A DNA stretch of 63,708 nucleotides, the filler included, from Collodictyon triciliatum (taxonomy: Eukaryota), in assembly GCA_043381765.1 (NCBI GenBank). It is 22 parts of 22 records of this genome, joined end to end, with 100 filler letters (N's around TTAATTAATTAA, not from the genome) between each part and the next. Parts side by side here need not be neighbours in the genome. Positions count along the whole stretch, not along the records: positions 1 to 2,767 come from JBHJMP010008328.1; positions 2,868 to 8,074 come from JBHJMP010008329.1; positions 8,175 to 10,941 come from JBHJMP010008330.1; positions 11,042 to 13,807 come from JBHJMP010008331.1; 18 more parts are not named here. One strand, 5' to 3'. The notes below the pieces were generated by a model. That model saw nothing but the letters and a program-made list of their open reading frames with translations. It was not told the origin of the DNA and ran no database searches. The position numbers and the translations under genes were made by a program. This document shows positions 1 through 11,268 of this stretch, in pieces. Position 1 is the stretch's first letter, and the number at the start of each line of letters is the position of its first letter.

Positions 1-96
<96 letters not shown>

Positions 97-99
97 CAG

Positions 100-2198
100 A
101 TATGAAGATTCACTTGGAATGTACCATAAATCACTCGAAATTCGGCTAAATGTACATGGTGAAAACCATTGCGATGTTGCAACGTCATATGGAAATATCG
201 GGAATGTATTTAAGATACTAGGGAGGTACGTAAAATAAAAATGTTTTACGATGAACCAATAATTAAATGGATCATTTATTAGAAATGAAGAAGGACTGAT
301 ACATTACCAGAGATCCCTCGAAATTCGATTGAAAGTTTTTGGTGATATTCATCCCGATGTTGCCTCGTCGTATAATAGTATTGGAGCAATATACAAAAAC
401 CTTGGAAAGTAAGATGTCTCCTTATTTAAATTGAATTGTTTATTCTCACTAAAATCACAAATTTGCGTATCTATAAAAATTTAAAAATAAATAATTAAAA
501 TGAAACAGACATGAAAAAGCACTGGAATATTACCATAAATCCCTGGAGATCCAGCTCAAATTGTTTCAAGAGAGACATCCTGATGTTGCTGCATCTTACC
601 ATTCTATCGGCACAGTTTATGATGATTTCAGAAAGTATATTTTGTAAATTGATGTATAGTCATTCACAGCTAATACCGAAACTTCTAAGGAACGAAAAGG
701 CACTGGAAAACTATCACAAGTCGCTTGAAATTCGAAAAAAACTGTTTGGAGATGCACATCCTGATGTTGCATCAAGTTATAACAATATCGGAATCATTTA
801 CAGAAATATTGGAAAGTAATATTTACTGATTATCGTCATTTTTATAAGTTTATATAATTAAAAAGAACAATTGCCAGGTATGAAAAAGCATTAGAAAGCT
901 ATCACAAGTCTCTTGATATATTGCAAACTGTTTTTGGAGAAAATCATCCTGATGTGGCATATTCGTTTAACAACATTGGAATTGTTTTCAGAAATCTAGG
1001 AGAGTAAGTATATTATTTTTTCATGTCATTATTATCCTAATTAATTTTACAAGGAAATTAATTTTTTCGCAGCCATGAAAAAGCACAAGAATGCTACCAC
1101 AAGTCTCTTGATATACTATTGAAAGTTTATGGAGAAACACACCTTAGTGTCGCAGCGTCTTATAATAATATTGGACTTGTTTACCACAAGCTTGGGAGGT
1201 AATATTAATCATATTATTTGATTGGATATGTAAATAACAAGGAGCATATTTAAAGAAACGACAGGGCTCTGGAATATTGCCAAAAATCTCTTGAGATTAA
1301 GATGAAGTTGTTTGGGGAAGTTCATCACAGCACTGCAACATCGTGCAATAATGTTGGTCTCGCATATGGTGGTCTTGGAATGTGCGATTTCTTATTCTTA
1401 TTAGTCTTATTCTTATTATTCTTATCATTATCATCATTATCATTATTATTCAGTATATTCTTACCAAAAAAATTTTTTCCTTTGAAATGAATAAATAATT
1501 TGAAAATTTGAAGAATTTTGTTGATCTAATAGGCATGAAAAAGCTCTGGAATATTATAATAAATCTCTTGAAATAAAAGTGAAAGTTTTTGGGGAATATC
1601 ATCCAGGCGTTGCAAACTCATTCATGGGAATTGGAGATGCCTGTAGAGACCTTAGACAGTATGATATTTTTTTTTTTTTGGCCTCGTTCGATTCAGAATG
1701 GAATTTTGACAAAATTTATATTGATATCAATGGATGGTCATGTGTTAATTTTTAATCAGATACGAAAAAGCACTGGATTATTACAAGAAATCGCTTGAAA
1801 TTAAACTAAATGTGTTTGGAGAAACTCATCCTGACGTTGCTGTGTCATACAAAAATATCGGAATAGTTTACAAAACTACTGAAAAGTAAAGTATAAATAT
1901 TTGCAATTAAATATGATAGAAGCTCTAAAAATTCCCCATTAGATACCAAGAGGCACAAGAATATTTCTTCAAATCGCTTGATATTCAGCTGAGAATTTTC
2001 AAGGACATGCATCCTGAAGTTGCTGCGTCCTATTACAGCATCGGTAACCTTTATGTAGCTCAGGAGAGATATCAAGAAGCTTTTGACGTGCTTAAAAAAG
2101 CCACGGCTATATTCAAATATGTTTATGGCACAGAACATCCTCAAACTAAGCTCTCTGAAAAAAAATTGGCGGAGGTTCAAGAAATTCATCTTCAATGA
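100..2198 (+). CDS. TPR-repeat protein (42-aa kinesin-light-chain/TPR_12-type repeats), 3' part, 10 exons
   Basis: Exons 100-225, 283-408, 509-634, 690-815, 878-1003, 1073-1198, 1256-1381, 1533-1658, 1760-1885 and 1943-2198 are bounded by AG/GT. Each encodes a repeat like YEKALEYYHKSLEIxxKVFGExHPDVAxSYNNIGxVYxxLG. 5' end is missing. Confidence 0.92.
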
Positions 2199-2656
2199 CT
2201 TTACCTGCTGACTCATTCAACCACTGGCTGACTCATTCACCCAGCCAACCGCTCATCCACACCCTTAAGATTGGTCTAAATTTTTTCGAATAAAAAGTTC
2301 GAGTTTGACTATTACTCTATACCAAAAATAAAATAAATAAAATAATAATAAGATTTGGTAGCGGATTCAAACAGAAGAAACTATAATAAATTGCATGAAA
2401 AACCGACATGATATATCACTCCCTTATTTTATTCAAAGTATGTTTGGATCGAGCCATTCAAGGGGCAATTTTTTTTTTTTTTGCTAAAAATGAAGAAAGA
2501 AAATTGTCGGTAGGCAAGTTATGTTACTAGATTACGGTACATGTTTTGCGAAAGGCCAATAAATTAGGTGCAATTGATTTCAAGACCATGCAAACGATAT
2601 ATTCTGATTGTTATTATTTGTCTTGGGTGCTGAAATGTGATATGTTATGATATGAT

Positions 2657-2696
<40 letters not shown>

Positions 2697-2767
2697 TCTT
2701 TTTATCTTTTTCTCTTTTTTCTTTCTTTCTTCTTGTTTTTTTATTCTTTTATTTTTCTTTTTTTTAT

Positions 2768-2867
2768 NNNNNNNNNNNNNNNNNNNNNNNNNNNNNNNNN
2801 NNNNNNNNNNNTTAATTAATTAANNNNNNNNNNNNNNNNNNNNNNNNNNNNNNNNNNNNNNNNNNNN
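2768..2867. other. Artificial scaffold-joining spacer (N-run, TTAATTAATTAA, N-run), repeated about 21 times through the window
   Basis: The same six-frame-stop 12-mer sits between N runs at 2812, 8119, 10986, 13852, 16720, 19584, 22448, 25319 and onward. The pieces between are nearly all about 2.76 kb, consistent with size-sorted concatenation. Confidence 0.97.
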
Positions 2868-3229
2868 AAAAAAGGCCGTTTGCCTCGTTGAATCAGGTCT
2901 CAACGCCCACTGCTCAGCACGAAAGTATATTCTGCAACGTGATAATTCTTCGAACTTTGTCTGCATTGTTCGACTATGTGCTGCTTTCGTGATTCTCGTT
3001 TACTCAGTGAACTGCAGCGAGTCGGTTCTATTCGCAGCTTTTTTATTATGCTTTGCTTCGCCGCTTTGATTCACCGTTCGAGTTGATTCATTCGATAAAC
3101 CCATCGCACAACGGTCAGAATAATAATTCCAGTAATGGATATATTCTTTGAATAATATAGTTTGTATTTCTGGAAAATAATATATTTATCGCCTCATTTA
3201 ATCAGATTTTGATAAATATTAATTTTGAT

Positions 3230-3270
3230 GTGGTATTATCACCTATATATTATAGAGGTGATAATACCAC
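3230..3270. repeat. Perfect 15-bp inverted repeat (hairpin), conserved in copy B
   Basis: GTGGTATTATCACCT-atatattatag-AGGTGATAATACCAC. Confidence 0.9.
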
Positions 3271-3385
3271 AGAGTAGCCTGTTTCAACCTTTCAAAACCC
3301 GCTTTTCATATCTGCCTACCACTCAATCGCCTACCCCCACCCCATTATTCTCACGCTACTTCCATTTGTAGTATGTGTTGTCGGT

Positions 3386-3775
3386 TTATTCTAGATGTAT
3401 ATCTTTCAAGTACATCACCATCCCCAGGCAAAGATACTTGCAGTTTCTGTAGAGCCTCTTTATTTCTTCATCCTCTCTCTCACGACTTCCGTGTAACACT
3501 GTCCACATAGCTGCTTGCGTTGTTATTATCAATCTGACTAATCCATCATTGTTTATCACATGCGCACCGTAAGCAATTATACAATCTTCAAAATTTATCC
3601 GCCAGTTACACTTCTTGTTTCCATCCGACTTTATCTTCAGTCTTGCCCAGTCTAGTAATTCGATGCTGTATCCCGCACAATCTCCCGTCTTGAATATTAA
3701 TTCAAAATCGTGTGTGCCATCATACTCTGTCACAATAAAAAGATAATCTTCTGTCTCAAAAACTTGCGGTGTCAT
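3386..3775 (-). CDS. Orphan protein of the PLV-like element (129 aa), homolog of 24632-25060
   Basis: Aligns with the copy-B ORF: EDYLF..THDFELIFKTGDCAGYSI vs DDYTF..TNDYKIEFKKGDSAGYTI; WRINFEDCI vs WRTTFEDVI; MVMYLKDIHLE vs LVMLLRDFHAE. Confidence 0.8.
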   Translation of the reverse strand: MTPQVFETEDYLFIVTEYDGTHDFELIFKTGDCAGYSIELLDWARLKIKSDGNKKCNWRINFEDCIIAYGAHVINNDGLVRLIITTQAAMWTVLHGSREREDEEIKRLYRNCKYLCLGMVMYLKDIHLE

Positions 3776-3829
3776 TCTTGTGTTTTTTTACCTACTTAAT
3801 TCATGTATTAATTTATTGTCTTTAATACA

Positions 3830-3976
3830 TCAATGTAACAAATCTTTCTCACTCTTAAATTCAACACTCCCTCCACAACAAGAACTCTTTTTTAAATGTG
3901 ATACTGTATATTTCCACAGTCGCTCTATCACTAACACACAGGTCATAAGTAATGAAATAATTGTAACTGGTTCCAT
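3830..3976 (-). CDS. Small predicted membrane protein with a CCGG motif (48 aa; absent from the ORF track)
   Basis: MEPVTIISLLMTCVLVIERLWKYTVSHLKKSSCCGGSVEFKSEKDLLH*. A near-identical protein with mostly synonymous DNA changes is at 25152-25274. Confidence 0.85.
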   Translation of the reverse strand: MEPVTIISLLMTCVLVIERLWKYTVSHLKKSSCCGGSVEFKSEKDLLH

Positions 3977-3992
3977 TACTTATATAAGAAAT

Positions 3993-5588
3993 TTATTCCA
4001 CTCGGAAGGTTTGCTGGTTGCTCTGGATTTCAAGCACGGCATCATACAAACTTGCCACTATCACATTGTAAGTTTTGCCAACAGCCCCACTAAATTCTAA
4101 TCTCAAACTCATCAAGCCGCTGCCTGAAGACTGAATGTCTGTTCCGACAATCTCCCCTTCAGCCACGTCCAATACTTTACGCAAGTTAAAAGCTAACATA
4201 AACTCACAAGGATTCTGTGTACCCTCGCGCATAAACCTAGTGGCTGCAGCAATTTCAGTGTTTCGAGCTGCATCATCTGCCGCACCGGTACCAAGAGCGC
4301 CATCACCAGCACGCAATAGTGGCCCAGCATAAGCATTTGCGCCAAATTTCACTCCTTGTGCAGAGTAAGGATTAAATATTGTAATACCGTTTCTCGAGCG
4401 GGTAGTTGGTGCATTAGCAGCAAATCCTGTAACTAAATCAAAAGTACCACCCATGTATGGTGTGGTAAATTCGTCGCCGTCAAATCCAAACGGCCCTGTA
4501 TATTCACTGCGCACAAATGTAAGACCCATAGCTTTCTGAACTTCCAAAAAAACTTGGCTCGCCCTATTCTCACAGTCCATTGGCTGGAGAGGATAATAAA
4601 ATGAACCTAGCTGAAGTTGTGCTGTTTTCAAATTAGTCGGGAAATGCTTTCTGTCTCGACCTGGAATAGTAATCTGATTTTGCTCAGCAGCATCGAAGAA
4701 TGCAACATATACAGCATTGAGCGATTTCACTGTATCGTTAATATTGTACACTATACTTGATGTTGTCGTGCTAGGAAGACTGTATAAACTTGTTCTCCAA
4801 GTCTTGTACGGAATCTGAAGCGGGACACCTCTGCTGATTGAGCTCTGTAGCTGTGCATGATACTCTGGAGCCATTCGAACCAAGTCATAAGAAATATAAC
4901 ATTTGCTCACAGTATAAGTAGCGGTTGCGTCGGCTGTCCCTACAGTAGCAACATTAGCTGCAGCTACAGTCGATGCATAAGCCTGAAGGCACTGATTCGC
5001 TGGGGCTAGTTCTATCTCAATCTGAAATGCTGCGACTGAGTCAATCAAAGACGTAGAAATTAGTCCCGAGTACTGAGAGATTCCTGACAAGCGCAAAGGT
5101 ATCGCATAATTTCTCGGAACTAAAGCAGAAGCTAAGTTATTTTGATCTTGTTTATGATTCCTGATTCGTTCAAACGCATCTCCGATTCCCATTGTCGCTG
5201 CACCGACACATTTGTTGTAGTCATCAGACACATAATTCATAAACATTGAATCAAGGTAATTGTATCTTTGAATATCTTCAAGTAAAAAAGATGTACCTTT
5301 TCTAATCCGGAGTGCTTGGATAATTGATTCAATCGAGTTATTAAAATAGTAATCGTATGTGGCGGCTGTTCCCGCTCCTGGAACAATGGTGACGTCAAAG
5401 TGAATCATCAACGTGTCCATATCTATTTCCATTCCAGTTTCGGAAGGAATATTCCAAAGTATCCGGTCCACTCGGGTAGGGCCGAATTCTCCGCCGTTAA
5501 AAGGCGTTATGCGAGTTGTGTGACGGGCTAAAACTTTGTCATTGTAGTTCCGAATCTTCATATACTTTGCTTCGCTAGGGTACTCCAT
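3993..5588 (-). CDS. Putative double-jelly-roll major capsid protein, PLV type (531 aa)
   Basis: Intact, intronless and beta-rich. Motif order recalls PLV MCPs: ILWNIP..IDxxTLMIHFDV, SIESIIQALRI..LLEDIQRYNYL, YAIPL, QIEIELA, YTVSKCYISYD, LQIPY, SLNAVYVAF, LQLGSFYYP, FMLAFNL, YDAVLEI. Confidence 0.78.
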   Translation of the reverse strand: MEYPSEAKYMKIRNYNDKVLARHTTRITPFNGGEFGPTRVDRILWNIPSETGMEIDMDTLMIHFDVTIVPGAGTAATYDYYFNNSIESIIQALRIRKGTSFLLEDIQRYNYLDSMFMNYVSDDYNKCVGAATMGIGDAFERIRNHKQDQNNLASALVPRNYAIPLRLSGISQYSGLISTSLIDSVAAFQIEIELAPANQCLQAYASTVAAANVATVGTADATATYTVSKCYISYDLVRMAPEYHAQLQSSISRGVPLQIPYKTWRTSLYSLPSTTTSSIVYNINDTVKSLNAVYVAFFDAAEQNQITIPGRDRKHFPTNLKTAQLQLGSFYYPLQPMDCENRASQVFLEVQKAMGLTFVRSEYTGPFGFDGDEFTTPYMGGTFDLVTGFAANAPTTRSRNGITIFNPYSAQGVKFGANAYAGPLLRAGDGALGTGAADDAARNTEIAAATRFMREGTQNPCEFMLAFNLRKVLDVAEGEIVGTDIQSSGSGLMSLRLEFSGAVGKTYNVIVASLYDAVLEIQSNQQTFRVE

Positions 5589-6103
5589 AACATACCTGAG
5601 AAATTAATTTCAAATCAAACGCAATAAAATAATGNNNNNNNNNNNNNNNNNNNNNNNNNNNNNNNNNNNNNNNNNNNNNNNNNNNNNNNNNNNNNNNNNN
5701 NNNNNNNNNNNNNNNNNNNNNNNNNNNNNNNNNNNNNNNNNNNNNNNNNNNNNNNNNNNNNNNNNNNNNNNNNNNNNNNNNNNNNNNNNNNNNNNNNNNN
5801 NNNNNNNNNNNNNNNNNNNNNNNNNNNNNNNNNNNNNNNNNNNNNNNNNNNNNNNNNNNNNNNNNNNNNNNNNNNNNNNNNNNNNNNNNNNNNNNNNNNN
5901 NNNNNNNNNNNNNNNNNNNNNNNNNNNNNNNNNNNNNNNNNNNNNNNNNNNNNNNNNNNNNNNNNNNNNNNNNNNNNNNNNNNNNNNNNNNNNNNNNNNN
6001 NNNNNNNNNNNNNNNNNNNNNNNNNNNNNNNNNNNNNNNNNNNNNNNNNNNNNNNNNNNNNNNNNNNNNNNNNNNNNNNNNNNNNNNNNNNNNNNNNNNN
6101 NNN

Positions 6104-6239
6104 CCAACCCCATACTCGCATCATCTAGTCTGTTATAGGCGTCATTAAGTCCCTCCAATCTTCGAATAGCTCTGTTAGTTGATGTAGTAAGGAATCGACC
6201 AACTCCTCGTGCTCCTCGTTGTGCGTAGTTTACAATCAT
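6104..6239 (-). CDS. Basic, amphipathic N-terminus of a small ORF upstream of the MCP; truncated by an assembly gap
   Basis: MIVNYAQRGARGVGRFLTTSTNRAIRRLEGLNDAYNRLDDASMGL, co-oriented with the MCP and head-to-head with the 6272 ORF. Confidence 0.45.
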
Positions 6240-6271
6240 ACATTTCCCAAGATAAAAATATAAGCTTGTTT

Positions 6272-8074
6272 ATGGGATCATATGAAAGAAATTTTAAGGA
6301 TCTAGATTCTGCAAGATATGAGAATGAGAAAGAACCAAAAGAAATGAAAGACTTGTTAGATTTTTTAGTTGGACCTAAAGCAAGAAATGCGAGTCAGATA
6401 ATAACAAATATAAAGCGAATTGCTTTATTGCAATACCCCAAAGAAACTGAAGCTCAATCGTATCAAGCTGCAGCAGATGCTTATAAAAGAGCTAAAGATA
6501 CCCTAGAGAAATTTGATTCCCCCACACTCTTAGAAAAAATATATAGACTATATACCGCTAAAAGCAAACCTGCCCCCAAGGAAGGAAAAGAAGCAAAAGG
6601 GCCATCCGCCGAAGACACTAGAAAGGCATTGGCAACGATAATGACAGAAAAATATCAAACGATTAGGGATCTAAATTTTACTATGAAACCACCAAAACCT
6701 AAAGAACCTGTTACCTATACTGAAGGGGGCGACGAAGAACCAGAAAAAACGACACAATTGAAAGAACCTAAAAAGGCTTCTATAGAAAGTACAAGAACAG
6801 AATCAGCAGCATTAGCACCAGATATTACACAAATTGATGAGGCAGCTGAAGTAACTGAAACACCTGGTGAACAACAAGAAGAATTTCGAGATATAGACCC
6901 AAACAAATTAGATGCAGACAAACAAATGCTACAAGAAGAACAAGAAGAAGAACAAGAAGACGAGAATACAGTTTTATTAGACGCTGACCAGATTAGTGCT
7001 CGTTACGGCCTGCTTCGAAACACCTTTTCGTCCACCACCAAAGAGATTTTTGTTTTAGAGTATCTACAAAAACGTAAAAGGGGAATTCCAGTCCCGACAC
7101 ACGTCCACGCACTTTGTAATCGCATTTTACAATTGCTGCGTGCACGAGGAATTCTACAATACACAGACTTTCCAAAGTTTGTACCCTCAGGAGATTATGA
7201 TGATACAGAATGGGACACTGCCGAAGCAGTATTGAACGAGTACCTTACCGCAGAAGTGACACAAACACTTTACAATGTCTGGGTTGATGAGGAGACTAAA
7301 GAAGAACTAAGAGATGCCAGGCTGATACTACTCGAACGACTGGCCGAAGAAGAGTTGATTGCCGAAGCCCTGTTGGAGCGCAAACTAAATATAGAGCGAG
7401 CTGAAAGAGCCGCAGAAAGAGAAGCAAGAAGAGCGAAACAAGCTGAAAGAGATGCGATGGTAGCAGCAGCTCGAGCAACAGGGAAAAAAGGAGCAGCAGT
7501 AGCCGAAGCAGAATCGGGACCAACTGTCAAACAACAAATTAAACAACTGCGAGATGAAAGAGACGCATTAATCGAACAATTGCCGACATTAGGGGCACAA
7601 TTACCTAGCAACCTTGACCCTTCTTTCCGAGCCAGAATGATGTTGATTTATATGCAGCATGTACAAGCATATAAAAAAATAGAAGCAGAAGAAGCTATTC
7701 AGAGCGTGCCCCCAGTAACAGAAGACGAAACTGAAATAGCTGCAAACGAGTTATTAATAAGTGTAATCAGAGCACAACGCCTTAGACGCGAAGCGATGCA
7801 GCGAGTGTATTTAGCAGAACTCGAAGAAAATATTTATTTTGGCGCAGATGACGAGGCAGAACTTGCCCAACAATTGGCAGAGATAGATACTTTAATCGAA
7901 CAAGACATACCTACCGACGATGATTTCTTGAGAGACATTGCCACAATGTTTTTAGCCGCACAAGAGCAAGCCGAACAACTTCCGGCAGATATTAGACAAG
8001 CCCTGAACGATTCTATGAGAATGTTGAATGAAAAAGTAACAGTATCACCAGATGATATTGAGGTATCTTTTAGA
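6272..8074 (+). CDS. Large acidic coiled-coil protein of the viral element, 3' truncated
   Basis: About 600 codons open with no introns from ATG 6272 (MGSYERNF...); E/A/K/Q-rich helical composition; no recognised domain. Confidence 0.7.
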
Positions 8075-8224
8075 NNNNNNNNNNNNNNNNNNNNNNNNNN
8101 NNNNNNNNNNNNNNNNNNTTAATTAATTAANNNNNNNNNNNNNNNNNNNNNNNNNNNNNNNNNNNNNNNNNNNNTCTTCTCAACAGGTTATCTTTTTCTT
8201 TTCCAGATAGGTCTGCATAGTACG

Positions 8225-10660
8225 ATGTCACTCAATCAAGAAAACCCATGGCCTAGTCAAGAAGAAGCTACGACAAATACAGAGAATGTAACCGGAGTCC
8301 AACCAGAGGAAACAAGAGTTACATCCAAGACGCTGAACGAAATCTCTCCTCCATCACTTGAGCAAGACGGAGTGAGACCTCCCGAAGAAAAAAGTTTTTA
8401 TCACGAACCATTGTTGGGGGAAGGTATGTCCGCTCACTATCATACTCAGTACCTATCGTTATTTTCTATTGTAATCTCCTGTTCATTATCGACGCACCAT
8501 ATTCCTAAAGACATTAAAAAAAATGGCAAAAGAAAAATAAATACATTCATGTGAAGAATGTAGAGATGTAATTGTTCATCCTGTCGGCCGCACCATGGAA
8601 TATATGAATATTCATTTTCTTCGGACTGAATTGTATGCCACGTTTGACTTTTCTTCAAACCATTAGATTCATTTTTATGTGCCGATGAGTTAATACCAGA
8701 GTCGCTAGGTGTGCACACTGTAAACAGTGATGACACTGACTCTGTTGAATTTGTAGAGTCCAAAAGGCATCACATCAATGTTGACTCTGATGATTCCTCG
8801 GAGGTTATAGAAGCATTCAATTATTTTGTTTTAAAGACCAACCTCTCTGAATTTCAGAAAACGTAATTATGTCGCTATAATAGGTCGAGATTGATGAGCC
8901 TCTTCCCTTTCGGCCGTCAAGTCTTCTTGAGCGTCTATTTTCGTTTGAAGAGCCTAAGAAACGAAAACTGGAGACAGTCGAACAATTTATGCAGACAGAT
9001 AATCAGAACGATGCGATTCCCTGGGAAACTGAGTGTGTGATTTGTTTTGATTCACTAAACCCTGAAGAAGCCATTGTACGTCTGCCGTGCCGACATTTTT
9101 ACCATTTCTCCTGTTTGGGTCATTATTTCAACTCCAAACTTCGAGAGTTACAGCCTCAGGTAACTGATCACTTTAATGCCTTTATACTTGATAGATAAAT
9201 ATGTACATCACTTCAAAATAAGATATCCTCCTTCTAGATGAATTGATTTTGAGACATCCATACTATTTGACTTTACGTGTGCCAATTAACTACATTGTAG
9301 TATGAATGCCCTATGTGTCGAGAAAAATATAAAGGGGAGTGGAAAATACCAGAATCTCAAAGTTCAAGAACCGAGCGATTAATGCCAGATTTTTTTGGCC
9401 TATTTTCTGGTTTGCGTAACTCATATGAGGAATAATTCAAAAATATGTAGTCATCATTTATCTTGGCAGTCTCGCTTCCAATCTTATGCTTCCTCTTTCT
9501 TTATATACATCACATAAACTGAATTATTATTAAACTGGAAGCTTTAGTTGTGAAAGAATTATTTTATTTATTTATTATTTAAAGTAGATGCAATTCCCAG
9601 ACCGCGCCAAAGGCGAACTCCTGCAAACGGAACTCCTCATCGATCTCGGTTTTCGTCACGAAGAGTAACCTCACAAGCTCTCGAGGATTTAGCGACATCC
9701 AGCTCGAATCCTGGCCAAGATTTTTTTTCTCAGCCGACCTATTCCCAGACACCACATGAAAACGGTATAGCATCATGATATATAGAAAAGAGTCAAATGA
9801 AAATACTAATAAGAACGGAACTCCCTCGTCAGAGGTGATGGAAACAAATGCATCGACGAGCTCTTCCTTCTTTTCTTTTTCTTCTAATATGTTCTGATAA
9901 GCTTTTACGATTCATAGATGTGCTAGAACCGAATAGATGGATTCCTCTAAACGACCCCTTCTCCGCACCATCAGCGCTTCATATTAGTCGCAGCCACTTA
10001 CGGAGGCATGGAGAGCCACATTTATTCCCCACCATGCCTCCTATGCAATCACCCTCCAATAGTATGTCTATGGCATCTCCAGCTCCTCTGCCAACGCAGG
10101 TCGCGCCACTCGAAGCCGCGCGTCCAGCACTATATCCCCCTGTTTTGATAGAATCCGGTCGATCCGAAATATCCATTTCGAGTGTAGTGGCGCAGTCGGA
10201 CGCCACGCCATCGCCAAACCCGATCCGATCGCGACGAACACCGCTCATGGCCAGCAGGCAAGCAGCTTTGTCAGCCAATGCCCCTCATGGCCCACGCTAC
10301 GTGGAGCATCCCTTCGCCTCTCCCTTCGTATCTCCCTTCGTAGCTCAAAGCTCCGAGTTTTCTGCGCCTCCCTCTACCTCGTTCGCACCAGAGCAACATC
10401 AGGCCACGCCTAGGGGGGATACGCGCACGGTGCGACCCTTGCCTCTCCCGGTGCTTCCCAGGCTTTCTAACTACCATCTCCCTGTGTCTGCTTCGACCCT
10501 CATGTCATCCTCTGAGGCTGTCCACCCGCACAGGGCACAATTATTCCCACATTCGGTACTCGGTCCGGCCGAACAATCTCTCCAGCAAAGGTATGGAGCT
10601 GAAGATGCGACCTTTTATTCGGACTATTTTTTAGACGAGGAAGGAGCAAATGGACTTTGA
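8225..10660 (+). CDS. RING-H2 zinc-finger protein (putative E3 ligase), multi-exon
   Basis: CVICFDSL..IVRLPCRHFYHFSC (9031-9113) spliced to YECPMCR (9301-9321); P/S-rich last exon; outer boundaries approximate. Confidence 0.7.
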
Positions 10661-11178
10661 CCTCTTCTTTTCTTTTCTTTTCTTTTTTTCTTCCCGCTCT
10701 CTTGCTATCTAATGTGATAATGAGTAATCAACCACCTTTGAACAAGAGGTAGATTGAAGAATCATGATGTGGTGCAGTAGACTGAACACAGGCAATAATT
10801 AACAATTACTTTGGCGTATTTGTGTTTATTTGCTTCTTTTTTGTGTAATCCTCGTTCGTCTCTAATCGCGGTTGGTGATTGCAAAAAAAAAAAAAAAAGA
10901 ACACGGTGGACAGCTCGCTCATTCCCCCCCCTTCCCTCTCCNNNNNNNNNNNNNNNNNNNNNNNNNNNNNNNNNNNNNNNNNNNNTTAATTAATTAANNN
11001 NNNNNNNNNNNNNNNNNNNNNNNNNNNNNNNNNNNNNNNNNAAATTTGAAACTAAGAATGTCAGAGGTTAGTTCAATTTTTCTGCATACAATAATGAAAG
11101 GGTTCCTTAATGAGTCAAAAACCAAGAACGAAATAACCTAGATAACCTAACCCTAACCTAAATAACCTAAATAACCTA

Positions 11179-11268
<90 letters not shown>

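Larger units (their letters stand above)
3230..8074. mobile_element. Endogenous Polinton-like virus / virophage-like element, partial (copy A)
   Basis: Compact, intronless, microsatellite-free gene block containing a capsid-like gene. A second divergent copy of its left part lies at 24475-25274. No pPolB, packaging ATPase or integrase is visible in the sequenced part. Confidence 0.75.

Noticed and set aside
2812-2823. Regularly spaced TTAATTAATTAA palindrome
   Set aside because: Always embedded in N runs; an artificial joining linker.
3235-3265. TATCACC resembles a lambda operator half-site
   Set aside because: Short match in a eukaryotic viral context with no phage genes.
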